A stretch of DNA of 58,072 nucleotides, filler included, from Sphacelaria rigidula (Eukaryota): NCBI GenBank assembly GCA_964200075.2. It is 3 parts of 3 records of this genome, joined end to end, with 100 filler letters (N's around TTAATTAATTAA, not from the genome) between each part and the next. Parts side by side here need not be neighbours in the genome. Positions count along the whole stretch, not along the records: positions 19,397 to 38,688 come from CAXNAA020000695.1; positions 38,789 to 58,072 come from CAXNAA020000696.1; 1 more part is not named here. The stretch is one strand, 5' to 3'. A program made the position numbers and the translations under genes. The notes beneath the pieces are model-generated. The model saw nothing but the letters and a program-made list of their open reading frames with translations. It searched no databases and was not told where the DNA came from. Numbering within the stretch: position 1 is the stretch's first letter; the number at the start of each line of letters is the position of its first letter. Below are positions 33,901 through 46,955 of the stretch, one piece after another.

Positions 33901-36900
33901 CTATCTCGAATTTTCTCCGACATGCACCTGATCAGCGTTTTGCGGGCTTTTTCCCGCTTCACTTGCAATCAGACTGCGACAGAGAGCAATTTGCAGTTTT
34001 TCACGGATGGATCGCCGGTGCTCCAACCCTCCCGAGGCGTGGTTCGCGTCGCACTTAGTGCGGTACTGCCGGATCAAAGCACACAGTGCCAATTTCGTCG
34101 TGAATTCGTGTGGAACGCTACATGTTGTATATCAAGTACTTGTTCCCCACGCTGACATGCATCGTGCCATCCGGGCGCCTCAGCCGCGGGTCTTATCTGG
34201 AGTGCCACCCTGCCATGCTATTGGGAACACCTCTCTTCGAAGCCCGTGTGCACCTCTAACCTCAGCACGTTTTACGCCACGGAGCATGACCGTTCAAAAT
34301 GTAACCAGCGCCTTGAAATTTAAATTCACTTCAAAGCGTCCGTATTACTAAAGAGGAACAACACTGTACGATAAAAACGTGAAAATTGGCGGGAAAGTAT
34401 CAAGTGTTGACGCGGATGCCAGGTTTCAGGTTTGCCAACGCTGACGAAGCAGTCAGTGTGTCCCTTGCACCCTGGATCATCGCCCTATTCCGGTTGAGAC
34501 GGGTTACATTCGCTGACTGAGTATGGTTATTTCGCTCGCACAAACAAAATACGGTGTGCAGTTGAGGGAACAAAGAATCGCATATGGCTCAGTGGCCGTC
34601 TTCTTTCTGGTCAAGAAATAGTCCGTACATCTACGTTCGCAGTATTATGACTTTTCCCGCACAGAACCTGACAGGAGAACCTCGTGGTCTCCGCCGAAAG
34701 CTCATATTCTCGCCTGCCCATGGTACTCTCAGCAAGCTATAGTGTATCGCAAACCATTACAACACTGACGAGTGACGTCAAGTCACGAAACTTGAGCTTG
34801 CTAAGCAAGATCTAAACGCTGGAGCGAATCACTGCATACAGTTGATGGACAAGTACTCTAGCACTACAATCTGCTGATTTGTCAGGAGCGGATACTTGTC
34901 TAGCGGGCTTTGCCGCATGTAAGTTTGATTTGTACGGCTAAAAATTCTACGGTCAGAACCACCTTGGCATCCGAGTTTCTTAGATTTTTGCAGGTGTCAG
35001 TCCGACTTTACAATCACTCATGTGAAGCCACTCATCAGGAGGTTTGCGTAGAACCTGGCTTGCACCATCAATGTACACAGTATATGTAGCTCTCCTGGTA
35101 CAGTCGTTATTGTCGGCGTCTACTGTCCACCATGGGCTGCAAAATAAAATTGTTCTTCAAAAGTCACTAATAACGGAACCACATGCGTTGAAGTGCAGCC
35201 GGTGATGGGCGTTCTTAAAGGGGGCCTCGCACCCCACGTAGCGCCCATGCTAACCGTTCTTTGTCTAACGTCAGTCTCACGCGTGATTCATTTGTACAAG
35301 CTGGTCCCGAGGTGAACCCTTTTGGAACCCTCCCCTCCGTCCCCGGGCCAGACGCCTCATTATTTCAAGTTGTGACAAAGAAGAAAAGATAGAAACAGGG
35401 AAGACCGACGGCAACCACTTTTACTGTGAAAGACCAAAGACTCCAGAAACATACGTCATGGGTGTACCGAAAATGAAACCCTGGAGCGATCGGATTGGGT
35501 ATGTCCAATGATATCACGCGACGGACGAAGTGTGTCCAATTGTATGCATCGACAAAACTTTCGCAAAACAGTGCAAAGCCTCATATATGTGTTTTTTGTC
35601 AGTGGGAATCTGTGAATACCTCAATTCGAGGTCCGTGCGAGAATATATCACACCCGTATACTTGAACTTAGAGTAGCGCACTAGTATACTTGAAAATAGA
35701 GTGGTGCACCGTTTTAGTCGACTTCATCATCAAGACTTGGCGAGCGTAGGAAGCCACACTAGACGGCGACAATGATATGGCGGAGTAAGTGGAAATCCCG
35801 TCGTCACATGTGAGAGCGCTGAAGAATGGCCCATATGCAATTCACGTTCAGCTAGAAAAGGTGGCTGAGAAGCACGGCCAGGACGCTACCAGGCGTTTCG
35901 CTGAAAAAGCTGCAAGAGCGGTTGGGGCAGCCCATTGCCCCCCGGCGCACACCGCCCCCCCCCGCTCGTTTACCAAACATCAACACAGTAACCGCGGCAA
36001 GTGAAAACGCTGCGAAGCACGCAGGATTATGCAGGAGACACCAGACGGACGTGATTGCAAGCGTCCAGACAGGCGAGATACTGGGACAGCCTTTCGCAAC
36101 CAGCCTAACCCAACTACAACTACAATCGTAAACACACTTCACTACAGTCCAGTATGACCGAATAACTATATTAAGGTCTTCCATGCAAGAAGACAGGAGG
36201 TGTGTAATATCATTGCATGAAACCCCAACGCTGCCCACGAGGATAGACGGTCCGAACGACGACAGCGCCAGCCGGGGTAATACACCTCACGCAGCACAAA
36301 GTACGGTTGTGCAACGTTCAGGCGTGATCAACCCGCAGTACAGAGGTGGTGTCGTGGAAACGTACAGCACAAAGCCCAGCATGAGATATGCCGTAAGATC
36401 ACAGCCTACAAAATGACAGCCTGTATCGGATATGCCAAAGTAACGGCCCCCGCCTACGCTGCACCAGGAATATGTGTAAGGGCGGGGTACATGGCATCCT
36501 CGTCGCCGGTATGGAATGATCAAACCGCAGTATGGTGCCGTATAAACGCGTACGACGGAGCACGGTAGCGTGCATGACGTGAGTTTACACTTGAAATAAG
36601 CTGAAAATATCATGATCACACGCAGTACAGAGGAGTAGGTGAACAGATCCCCATAGGGCCAGGCAGTGACTGTCTGCGAATACAGACAGTAGACGGGGGC
36701 ACGACTGAGGTAAATGTGCCGTCGGTGTTGCCTTTGCTATTGCAACTTGGGTGCAGGCTTGCTATGATGAGGCACAGAGCATCTACTGCAGGTGCGGCGT
36801 GAAGATTGTTTCACGGAGACCTGCCGCGTGCACTCTGGCCGGGTTGGAAACCATCGACGGGTCGAACAGTTTGTCATACCCGTAAAAAGAGAACCTTCTT

Positions 36901-37699
36901 TTCTTCCACGTTCCATTCGCCCGGGTCTGAAAAACACGCTTTGGGCGAATAGTTCGCTCAAAGACTGCATAAAAACAACCATTTCTTGCCCGAAAGAACG
37001 TCAAATGTAAATCGTCAATTTTCCATCAACGGTTCCAAAGGAGTTAAGGGGTACAGGCAAGAACCCTTCATCAAACTTTTCCTTCTCCAGCTTTGGGGTC
37101 ACGACCTGAAAATTACGCAGTTGTTGGTACAAGTGGTAAGAATAACCGTCCTGTTTTTTCTCGTGTTCGTGAAACTGTGGGCATCTAAACAGAAGAAAAA
37201 AAAACTTAGGAAGCGATCCCTGCTGCGCAGTCATCAAACCACTGCGTCGTGTTCGCCTGGTTCGGAGCGTGAAGTGCATGCACGGTATATTGGTCGTATC
37301 GCTTCGTGTACGTCGCGAGAAAATCAGTGATGACGAAATCTTTGCGTTGTTGCGGGTTACCACATTTGTAGGCGCAGATGGACGCCAGTCGGATGCGGAT
37401 GCTCAGCAAGGCTTACTCTAGGAAAATGTAGTAGTTTTAGCTGTTGGGATGGGAGTTCGTCGCGGGGCCCTATTAATAGTCAACCGTGTTGTTGTCGCGT
37501 CGATAAATACTGTACCATCAACCATTTCGTATGGGCGTTCGTTCACCATATACACGGCGACACACTTCCATGCGCCCGCGGGCCGCGGCGCGTGATCATT
37601 TGAATATGCATGACTGCAAATGCCGCTGGTGCTATCACTCTTTATAGAGGTGTCGGCGTCTCTCAACCAAGAAGGCGGGGCATGACCTCTTTTGGCTAC

Positions 37700-37790
37700 C
37701 AACCCCCCCCCCCACACACACACGTTTCTTGTAGGGGTGCGATGTCAATGGTCTCATGACTACCGCATGCAGGATCATAATTACACCCCC
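37700..37790 (+). repeat. Short dispersed repeat (other copies ~56000-56137 and ~56395-56460)
   Basis: ggggtgcga(t/g)gtcaatggtctc(a/g)(t/a)gactac..catgca(g/a)gatcat(a/g)a.tacacccc occurs in three places. Confidence 0.7.
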
Positions 37791-38384
37791 GTTTCTGCGT
37801 AGGCGTTTTGTCTGTCCGTGATCGAGAAATACGAATACGAGCCTCCCCAAAACCAATGGTCCAGCTGACGTCCAGCTAGCCACCTGGGCGCTTGAGGAGT
37901 TAATCCTTTGGTTGCGTGGTATGTGGTAATTTGTGAGTCAGTCCATGTGCGGCTATGCGAAAATTTGTGGCTTGATTCCGGGGTTCGATGCCTCCTGCAC
38001 CCAAGAACCGAAAACACGCGCGCGGCTAAGGATACGGCGCCAGATGGCTTCATATTACTGTACGGACATATGGGTCATGCAGGCGCTTGAGGCCGCGTCT
38101 CACATCTGTTGGTTGCCTGCATTTCATGTGAATAGTATCGTTCTTGCAGACATTTTACGGCGTTTTTGTTAAAAATGAGATGAACTCCCTGTCCCCATTC
38201 GTCTTGAAAGCAGGACATCACCTCAGCAGGGAAGGATGAGACAGGCTCACCTCAATTTTGCGATGAGTCACCCTCCCCCTCCCCTCCCCCACCCTGAGGT
38301 GTCGAAAGCAACCACTTTTAAGTCGAGGCTGAGAATCTAGTGATGAATTCGCAAAACTTGTTAATAGTAATCTTTGACATCCTT

Positions 38385-38613
38385 TGGTGAGACATGCTAC
38401 GACGGGGGGAGGGGGTATTTTGGGCCGTTTTCTTCCACGAATTTCTACTTACAATCGTCGTTGATAGCAGCAACGATAGTTCGAACGCGCTTGCTTCCGA
38501 TCTGTGACGCTCATTCATACTGTTTGACATCGCTTTTACCCAAATACAAGCGCACCGCGAGGGTGTTGGGTCGTCTGAGGCACCTATGATCACATTTTCT
38601 CGTGGAATCGAAC

Positions 38614-38620
<7 letters not shown>
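38385..38620. repeat. ~230-bp dispersed repeat; inverted copy at ~57805-58025
   Basis: ggggtattttgggccgttttcttccacgaa...cgcttttacccaaatacaagcgcaccgcgag...cgtggaatcgaacacccc is approximately the reverse complement of 57809-58015. Confidence 0.8.
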
Positions 38621-38645
<25 letters not shown>

Positions 38646-38688
38646 ATCCACACGCCGCCCCCCCCCGCCCAACCGACCGAACGAAAAC

Positions 38689-38788
38689 NNNNNNNNNNNN
38701 NNNNNNNNNNNNNNNNNNNNNNNNNNNNNNNNTTAATTAATTAANNNNNNNNNNNNNNNNNNNNNNNNNNNNNNNNNNNNNNNNNNNN
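38689..38788. other. Assembly gap with an artificial TTAATTAATTAA linker
   Basis: Same N-linker-N construct as at 19297-19396. Confidence 0.95.
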
Positions 38789-39149
38789 CGGGTTCTCATC
38801 CTCAATCAAAAGCACCATCCTCAACATAGATGATTGGCTGTTTGAAATGTAAGTTTGACCAAAAAAGAAACGCGACCACAAGAAAACGCAAAGGTATCCT
38901 GGAACGGTCTCAACGAGTAGATCAAGTAATACCGAGGTGTCAATAACCGCCTGCAGCACACGCGGCCATTCTGCTACCTTGTAGAGGAATTTCCAAACTT
39001 CATCCTCGGTTCCGTCTGTTTTGAAATCCCCCCTAAAGGATCTTGGGTATTCGTAATCCTCTACAGGATTTTTAATGTTGGGGCCCTCAAAGGTCTGTGT
39101 CAATATTAAAATCCCCTGGATTGTTTTTGAAGGCACAAGTGCTATGGAA

Positions 39150-39390
39150 ATATGGATTTTTTACAGCAGCCTCTGCTGTTCGAAATAAATCCTAATTCCA
39201 AGTTTGGAATCGGGCAAAAATTATTCATTCCGAACAGCAGAGGCTCTACAAATCCTATATACACTCGCAGATTGGATTTGTACACCAGAAGCTGTTTGGA
39301 ATAAATCTTCATTCTGCCCGACAATACCTGAAGTTGGGCAAAAAGAGACTTATTTGCGAGCAGCTTCTGCTGTTCAAGTCCCACATACTG
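39150..39390. repeat. Four ~50-bp units in alternating orientation (two tandem hairpins)
   Basis: Unit ggatttgtaca(g)cag..gctgttcggaataaat..ttttgcccga is forward at ~39152 and ~39273, and reverse at ~39210-39258 and ~39333-39385. Confidence 0.7.
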
Positions 39391-40868
39391 CACCGCATCA
39401 GTGGATGAGAATCGAGAGACGGCAGAAATTGTTGAAAACCCATCCCCTTGCCCCCGAATTCACGTTTCAATTGGACGAGAGGATCGAATTCTTCAATAGC
39501 CTCGGCTGGTTACATATCCCATACACTGAATGAGCGTGTATGTCCACATAGCGGCCGCGCTGCATAGGTTTGGCTGGTGGTAATGATGTAGAGACTGCAT
39601 GAACCTCTGGGGGCCTGTCTTAGCACTTTTCTTTTCGATCGAAAAAATGTGGCGGTGAAATCGATCTGAGCGAAACTTTCTCGTTTTGATGCAGTTGGGT
39701 GCAGATGGATTTTCAAGGTTCCGATCCAAAAAATACAGTGAAAGCGTGAAACGGCACACGGTAACTCGTGTACAGTATAGACAGGCTGTACTGTCTGCCG
39801 TGCTACCAAGCAGGGTGTGTTGATTGCGTGTGTATGTTTCGTGCAGGAAGACATGAAAGAGAAGCAGACAACGTGCAGCGCAGGCAACATAGGGCTATCA
39901 TTTCTCTCTGATTACAACGCGATGTGAAGAGGACTTCAGCAACGTGCAGCTTTGTACTGCCTGCATTGTCCATGACCGTGCACGCAACTGGGTTGCCCAC
40001 AGTACCACGCAGTTCTGTCCCTCATGCCTACCGTGAGAGAAGATGTGCAAGTTTTCGCCAACGAAAAATAAACAAAGTACACCCGACTACTGTAGTGTAT
40101 CTATCCCTGTGCTCAAGTCGTGCTCTATGCTGCAGGGTTGCGGTGGTAGCTGAGAGTGAGTTGGATGGAGTTTGCATTGTCTTGTGAACCGGTGTTATTT
40201 GGCGTGGTGGTCTGTGACATGGGAGTCAAGTTCCGCTTCGTGCCTTTCGACCGCATGTTTTCAATCGAAAACGATTGTTTTTTACCTCGTTGCATTCTTC
40301 TCCGCGCGCCGCTAATTATGATCTTGAGTCGAAGCATTCAAGGAACATAAATGCGGTGCACCGATGAGATCGGCCACAAAAAATTCGACCGCACTTTTTC
40401 GATCCAAACAAAAAGCGCTGAGACAGGCCCTGAGATATTCACATAGAGGTTCGGACACCCCGTAGTCCCAAGTCTACCATATCAATACCAAAGCATTTTT
40501 TTGATTGAAGACACGAAAAATTATGGTCGTTGTGCATTCTGTACGTCAATGACGATATGATCGTCACAACAATAAGCACGGTTTGGTGCTGTACTGAACT
40601 GTACAGTACCGTGCAGGACAGTAGTATATCGTGCTTATATACGTACAGTGCAATATACTGCAGAGTTAGCGCGGCATATGCGCCACATATGGCTAAACAA
40701 AGTGGATGCCTGTAACTTTGGGTGTATGAGGTGTTACATACCGCCAGCTACTGAGGACACATCACGACGCCCGTTCTTGCAACATGCTCACCGCTGCAGC
40801 AGTCAGTAGGACGCGAAGGAGAAGCGGGCAAAGTACAGTGCAGACAGCGCAGGACTATATGTATGTTT

Positions 40869-40958
40869 TGTGACGGTTGAAGAGACTACCCACTAGACTA
40901 CTGACAAGTCAGCGCTGACTTGTCAATAGTCTAGTTGGTTGTCTCTTAAATCGTCACA
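40869..40958. other. 90-nt near-perfect hairpin (pre-miRNA-like or MITE remnant)
   Basis: Two 45-nt arms centred on AGC|GCT, with 40 of 45 positions Watson-Crick complementary. Confidence 0.6.
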
Positions 40959-41367
40959 GTTTCCTGCTTACAGTGCGACGTGAAAAGGACTTGAACAGTG
41001 TGAGCACTTTGTCTGCCTGCGCACTGTCCATGGGTGTGTATGCAATAAGCCGCCTTTTATTGCCCGCATCCTACCCCGCATGGTTCCGGCACCGCGCGAC
41101 TCCGCGACCATGGAAGAAAATACTCAAGTTTAAACTTCCACCAACAAAACATACATCATACCCAACTACGGCAGTGTGTATCTATATCCCTGTGCCCAAC
41201 TCGTGCTCTTTGCTGCACGGTTATTGTGGTGGTACTATAGCTGGGAATAAGTGTTGTCGGGTTTGCGATTCAATCTACATATCTGGCGTGATGATCTATA
41301 CCATAACATTGTCAGGGTCCCAAAGGTGCCCTGGAAGCAGTTGGGACAAAAGTGCACACGTGTAAAT

Positions 41368-41730
41368 GTACACGCTGGAGGATACTGCACGGCTATGTCC
41401 TCCGGAGTCGCAACAAATGCCTTAGAGGCCATAGTCGGTCCCTCCTCCAGAGGAATGATGCTCATATTTCCATCTACTGTTCATATTTCCCTCTAAGGGA
41501 CTCCGAAAACCTCGTGCCCCAGAGCACGATGTTGTTGGTACTCTGGAGGGATTCAGACCTTGGAAGTCACTGGAGCATCAGATGCCCTCCCGAGGATTCG
41601 TTTTATGACCGGAACTGAGAAAGAAACACCCTCAAGAGAGTATTTTTATCCTCCGGAGGGCCATTTCATCCTCGAGAGGATGAAAATCGCGATAGAGGAT
41701 GTAAAGGGAGTAGCGAATGGCCGCGTGTAT
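41368..41730. mobile_element. Degenerate member of the CCTCCGGAGG-module family B
   Basis: The right end gggagtagcgaatggccgcgtgta matches the family TIR, and several cctccggag/ctctggaggg variants lie inside. Confidence 0.5.
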
Positions 41731-42703
41731 AGCCCTCTTCTAGGGCGTAAAAAAGACGCAGACGGACCGAAAAGGCAACTTTCGAGAGAATTTGTTTTTT
41801 GCACATGAAAAGTCACCTTACGGGACAACACTTTCCTTGCGAACGTTTCTGAGCTTCAGATATTGTCTTCGAAAATGAGGTTTGTGATAAAGATTAGTTT
41901 CAACGCCAAAACAGTGCTTCCCCTGGCCTGAGACCAGGACAGATGGCTTTCTTGTGGACGACCTTATGTCTGCCGACCTCCCTGCAACTATTGTTGAGGG
42001 TTTTCCGTCTTCCGTTCCCCCAAGGGGTATGTGCGAAAGCATCTTTCTGCCTCGATTTCGGGGGGAAAAGGACGCTTGTAGAATGAAAATAGTGATTTCG
42101 CACATACTTATCCATTGGGGGAACGGAAGGCGGAAATTCCCCCAAAAGGTTTCAGAGAGGTCGGTGGGAATGACTTCAGCCATATAACAATAATTCGTCA
42201 TGACTCCAGGTCAGGAAAAGCACTATTCTTGGATTTGAACTTAATTTTGATGCTTAACCTCATTTTTGAAGATATTCTCTTGCTTGACGAGGGGAACCCA
42301 GAGCAATTTTCTGTCCTCACGCAGAATGTATTGGACACGGAGCCCATCTCCTTAGTTTCTTTCGAAGTGATGTGAGGTCCTGTAGCCCGAATCCCGAGGA
42401 GAAAACCCCTTTGAATGCTCGAACAAACCGTCCTCATACGATCCTTTGTTCGTTTGCTGTAAGAGTCGCTCTGAGAAATACGAAGACAAGCGTGGGATAT
42501 TTGAGTCGTGGGACATTCGAAGCTGTCTCGCCCCCAAGGAGGAAAAACTTGTTGACATCAAATGGCCTGGACAATCAGTGCATGCACGCGCTCCGAGGGT
42601 TCTCTAAAAGCCTCCTGAGAAGAAGCTAAGTGGAGAGGGGAAAACGTGAGAGGACCATGTGGGAATTTCGCAAACACCATTAATCACACACCAAGTATAT
42701 TAC

Positions 42704-42899
42704 AGAGTTTCGGAAACGCTTTTTTGTCATTTCAGAGTGCAAATATCTCAGGATCAGAGTGCAAAATAAAAGAAGCACCGCATCGAAAAAAATGAAAGGG
42801 ATATCACATTTGACGGAGACGAAAATAAATTGTCGTTACACTCTGATCCTGAGTTGTTTGCACTCTGAAATGACGAGCAAAAACATTTCCCGAAACTCT
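42704..42899. mobile_element. MITE with ~58-bp terminal inverted repeats
   Basis: agagtttcggaaacg..gtcatttcagagtgcaaatatctcaggatcagagtg pairs with cactctgatcctgagttgtttgcactctgaaatgac..tttcccgaaactct. Confidence 0.75.
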
Positions 42900-43897
42900 C
42901 TATTACCCACGACACTTCTTGTTTTATACACTATCGAAACACGTGTTTGCATTTCGCCCCTCCTCATGTAAGATTCGGATACTCATGATCATGCATGCCA
43001 CAGTCATACGGCCATTGAGACTCGTTGGTGGTAGTCTTTTGTATCGAAATAGTTAATAGTGCAGTTCTTAAATAGCCCAGCCGCAACGTGCTCTAGGCAC
43101 TCTCGAATTTTTCTCTTTAGTTTTTGTTTTGTGTTAGTTTTGTGCTTATTTGCACGACCTCCTTGCCTGACGTCTTGCTGCAGGAGCCGACCTTTGCCCG
43201 TGTGTCGTTGGGTTTTTGGGTCCCGTTTTTTCTTCTTATTTCCTACCCGTTTCTTTCTTTACACTTTGTTCGTTTCTCGTTTCTATTCATGTGATGTTTC
43301 CATTTAGGTCACTCCGGTTTTCCCTTCGTTATTGTCCTCCTTTCTCGAGTTTCGTTCAGGCCGTGTCTTATCGAGACCGGAAGTATCACGGTCGATTTAT
43401 GTTTGTTTGACGGCCTGTGATGCGTACCAGCCCCCGAAAACAAGTCTAGATCGATTCTGATTTGTTTTGCGCGATCTTGACTGGTCGCAAGTTTTCGTGA
43501 CTTTCTGCAACCCGTGTTCGGGGTGTGCGAGAATCGACTCAATAGTACATAGTAACCACAAGGCGACACATGCAAAGATGTGACTCATACCGAGGGTACA
43601 ACCACGCAGCAACTACTTAGGTCCACTGCACCTAGCGAGACAGAGCATGGCCCTGGCTCTGGCCGTAGCTGTTGATCAGCTGGGTACGATGCCCTTGGTT
43701 TTTGGGCAAATCTGCGCTGAAGCGAGAGAATTAGACGATTCGCATCAGACGCTCCGGACGAAAACACCCACGTACGGTCGACGACTGCACGTCATGGCGA
43801 ACTTGTTGGCATGCACGAGGCAACCCCTTCTCTAATGGGTTGGTTGATTCGATTGGTTGACTGATAGCCACACACTAACTTATCCCCGAAGGACCCC

Positions 43898-44059
43898 TTA
43901 ACCCTTTTTTGGCCGGATTCCCCGAAGCATATGGTTTGCACACATTTTTGTGAATCAGCATCATTTTCAGTCGTTTTCAAGGAAACATGATGCCGGTTCA
44001 CTAGAAGTTCCCTACGTGCAAACCACATGTTTCTGGCAATCCGGTCCCAAAAAGGTTAA
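43898..44059. mobile_element. TTAA-flanked 162-bp palindromic MITE (piggyBac-type ends) sharing the family A core
   Basis: TTAAccctttttt ggccggatt..gaagcatatggtttgcac ... gtgcaaaccacatgtttc..aatccggtcccaaaaaggTTAA; centre tgaatcagcatcattttca..catgatgccggttca. Confidence 0.75.
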
Positions 44060-45800
44060 TAGCCGTGATCACAAGATATGTGTACCATAAATATACTCGC
44101 TGAAGATATATGAAGCAAGCGTTGAAGTAGAACAGACAAAGTAGGCTGAAAAAATATGTATACAAAAGTTTCGGCGACTTTCGCCGCCAGGCTCAATGAA
44201 TCGACAACCATGGCGCATGTTAACTGGCGGCAGTAGCGAGTGAAATCAAACCTGAACGTGTAAAGGTGCATGAGGACACACCATGGCTCATGGTGTGCAA
44301 CTGTATGGTACTGTGCTTGCTGCAGAGTGTCGTTAGTCGTTTCGCCGTCATTGAAGGTCACCTGTCTCACGCACCAATTTCCCCCGTGAAAGTGATGCCA
44401 AAACACATACATGCACACCGATACCCAAGCGCACCAGCAGCGAGGAACCCTCGTTTTGCTTTCCGGAGAAGTACTAGTACAGCAGTACAGAGCAGTAGGG
44501 TAAATGAAGTGTGGCACAATAATAGAGCACACGTACGAGTTGACGATGCTCGTATAGCAGCATAGCATTGTGTGTGAGTGTTACTTTCCCAGCAATCCAG
44601 TTACCTTCGCGGCAGGTCTGGCATGCCTCGAGCGTGTTTTGATCCTGCACGCATACCACATTATGTCAACCGCATACCCTCAATTTGACTGTTATGGGCG
44701 CGCCTGACCCCCCAAAATGAGCCTAAAGAGTATCACCGACCAAAGCACGAACAGACCGGAGATCTCGTTCATCCCCTGACTATGCACGCCGTAAAATCCC
44801 TCAAAGTACTTTTGATTTGAGTAGGGCTTCCATTTCACGCTTTCGAAGTTTTCTCGTTCCGGAGTACGAACCACGGCGTGGCCCGGCTACTCACCGGCGT
44901 GTATTTGTCCAAGCTACAATCGGACCCGATGGTTTTCCCAAGGAAGTTCACGGTGATCGAGAAAATCGCAAAAAAAAAGAAGCATGTTTTTTTTCACTTG
45001 ATTCATTGAAAAAACTCGCTTCCTGATGAAATAAAAAAAATCATCCCGTATAATTGTAGCTGTCGTCTTGGCGCAGATGATGCAAAAAGTCGCATACCCA
45101 TCGACGGCCGTGGCGATGAGTATTTTCTGAATCAGGTCGGGCTATGACCGCAAACACGCGCCTCCAACACTCGCCGTTTCCAACAAAACGCGAAAATCTC
45201 ACCCCTGTCTAAGGACCTCAGGATACATGACACCCATGAATGACTCTTGATAGTGTAGATGGTTGATATATCGGTTATGTGGAATGTTCGACAGGGGTAG
45301 AATTTGAACCTTCGACCGAACCCCCAGAAGCTAGAATCATCTTCGCGACCTCGCAGCAGCGGAGAGAACAAATCATAACACTGACCCTAACCCTCACCAC
45401 AACGAAGGCATACCGAGAACCCTCGGGCAAGGGGGATGCAACGTGCTGCCTGGGCAAAGGGTGCGTTGCCAGAGCTCAAATCGGCGCCGATTTAGACACA
45501 AACGCGTTCTGGGCATGCTAGGAGCACAGCCCTCATGAAAGATCCAGATTTCGGTTTTCACACTAAGATCAAGATTAACCAACTTCCCCCTCCGAATGGT
45601 AAAGTATACTGCGTGAAGACGACCCAAAAGACAGCATAAAGCCGTCCACCCACTTTCGCTGAAGCCGCATGGCACCGAAGCTTCATTCATGTCTTTCAGT
45701 GGACCCACCCGTCCTAAGACCCGCATCTGTTGTATCGGTACTGGTGGGTAATGGACAACCGTTTGTTTTCATTCCCTCTTTCAACACAATATCTTCGGAG

Positions 45801-45904
45801 TCTAGACGGCTAGGGTAGTCCATCTGGACCATGCATACTTTTTCAAGTGAAAAATGATGCCGATTCAGCATGTGATCAACCGTCGCGGTCAAGGGGCTAA
45901 TTAA
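45801..45904. mobile_element. Family A unit
   Basis: gggtagtccatctggaccatgcatactttttcaagtgaaaaatgatgccgattcagcatgtgatcaaccgtcgcggtcaaggggctaa. Confidence 0.75.
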
Positions 45905-46955
45905 TATCATATTCATCAAATGAAAAGCCATGCCCACGGAACAACAAATACACTTGCACAACGCGAGTCGTTCATCCGACAAAAGCTGTGGAATGATGGC
46001 AGCCGATAAATCAAGCTGCTCAAAAAATGACGAGGTGGTGGACCGACACCCGCGCAGCCCACATTACACACCCGGTCACAATTTGTACTCTACTCGTCTG
46101 TGTAAGGACCGTCCTCGTTGAAGTTTATCAGTACATATGGCTTCGTCGCATGTTGAGCACATCATGTTGACCCAACTTTGATCCGCATCCCCCCCAAAAA
46201 ATGGTTTAGCTTCCTGGTTTCAGTTACCGGCGTTGGGCTACAAATGCTCATGGTTGATATTACTTGATTTGAGTACGTACAACGAGAATCGGAATTTCAG
46301 TAGGGCTGACGATCCCTGTGCTCCTCGGCTGCGCACAACGCGTTTTCGTTGAAATCGGTGCCACAGGCACCGATTTGGGTTTTACCAAGGCCTCACTTTC
46401 TGCAGGGAATGTATGTACCGCCCTTGTCCGAGTGTTCTCGGTGTGCGTTAGGTTTGTTCAACCCAACCAGCCTCCTTGCATGCCAGGGTATCGCAAGCAC
46501 GGACAAAAAGCAACCCAGTGGTATGTAATATATTAGGAAGAACAATGGAAATAATGGTAGGATTCTGAATTTTTAATGCAGTACACTCTTTCTCGATATG
46601 AATTTTGGATCCATGCCGTTCTCTTCCAATGAAGTAAGGCACATTTCACCCCACGAGCCTAGATAAGCCCCAGAAGTCGGTATGTTCGTGTCTGTTCGTG
46701 CTTTTAGACGGTCACACGTTTTTTGCCCATTTTGTGGGGTCAGGCGCGCCGATAACTCTGAATTTCTGCTCCATCTCAAAAACACTCGAACGTTTCCATC
46801 AGCCTCAGCAGCTGAATACAACAGCACGAAGCAGTCGGCAACGTGCCATCGCTCATCACTGAACACATTCCACGTTCAGGGCAGGGCTGGCGCACCTCGA
46901 GCGTGTTTCGATATTGCACGCATCTCGTTTTGTCGCAGCAATACTTTCAATGCTG

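Noticed and set aside
36320-36635. Three copies of TGATCA..CGCAGTA(CAGAGG)
   Set aside because: Irregular spacing and extended similarity point to a decayed local duplication rather than an array.
39940-39985. Ankyrin-like peptide MDNAGSTKLHVA on the minus strand
   Set aside because: Not conserved in the duplicate at ~41000, and no splice context.
45290-45330. tRNA T-arm-like GGTTCAAATTC on the minus strand (also GGTTCGGGTCC near 26570-26585)
   Set aside because: No cloverleaf, A-box or acceptor stem could be built; at most a decayed SINE head.
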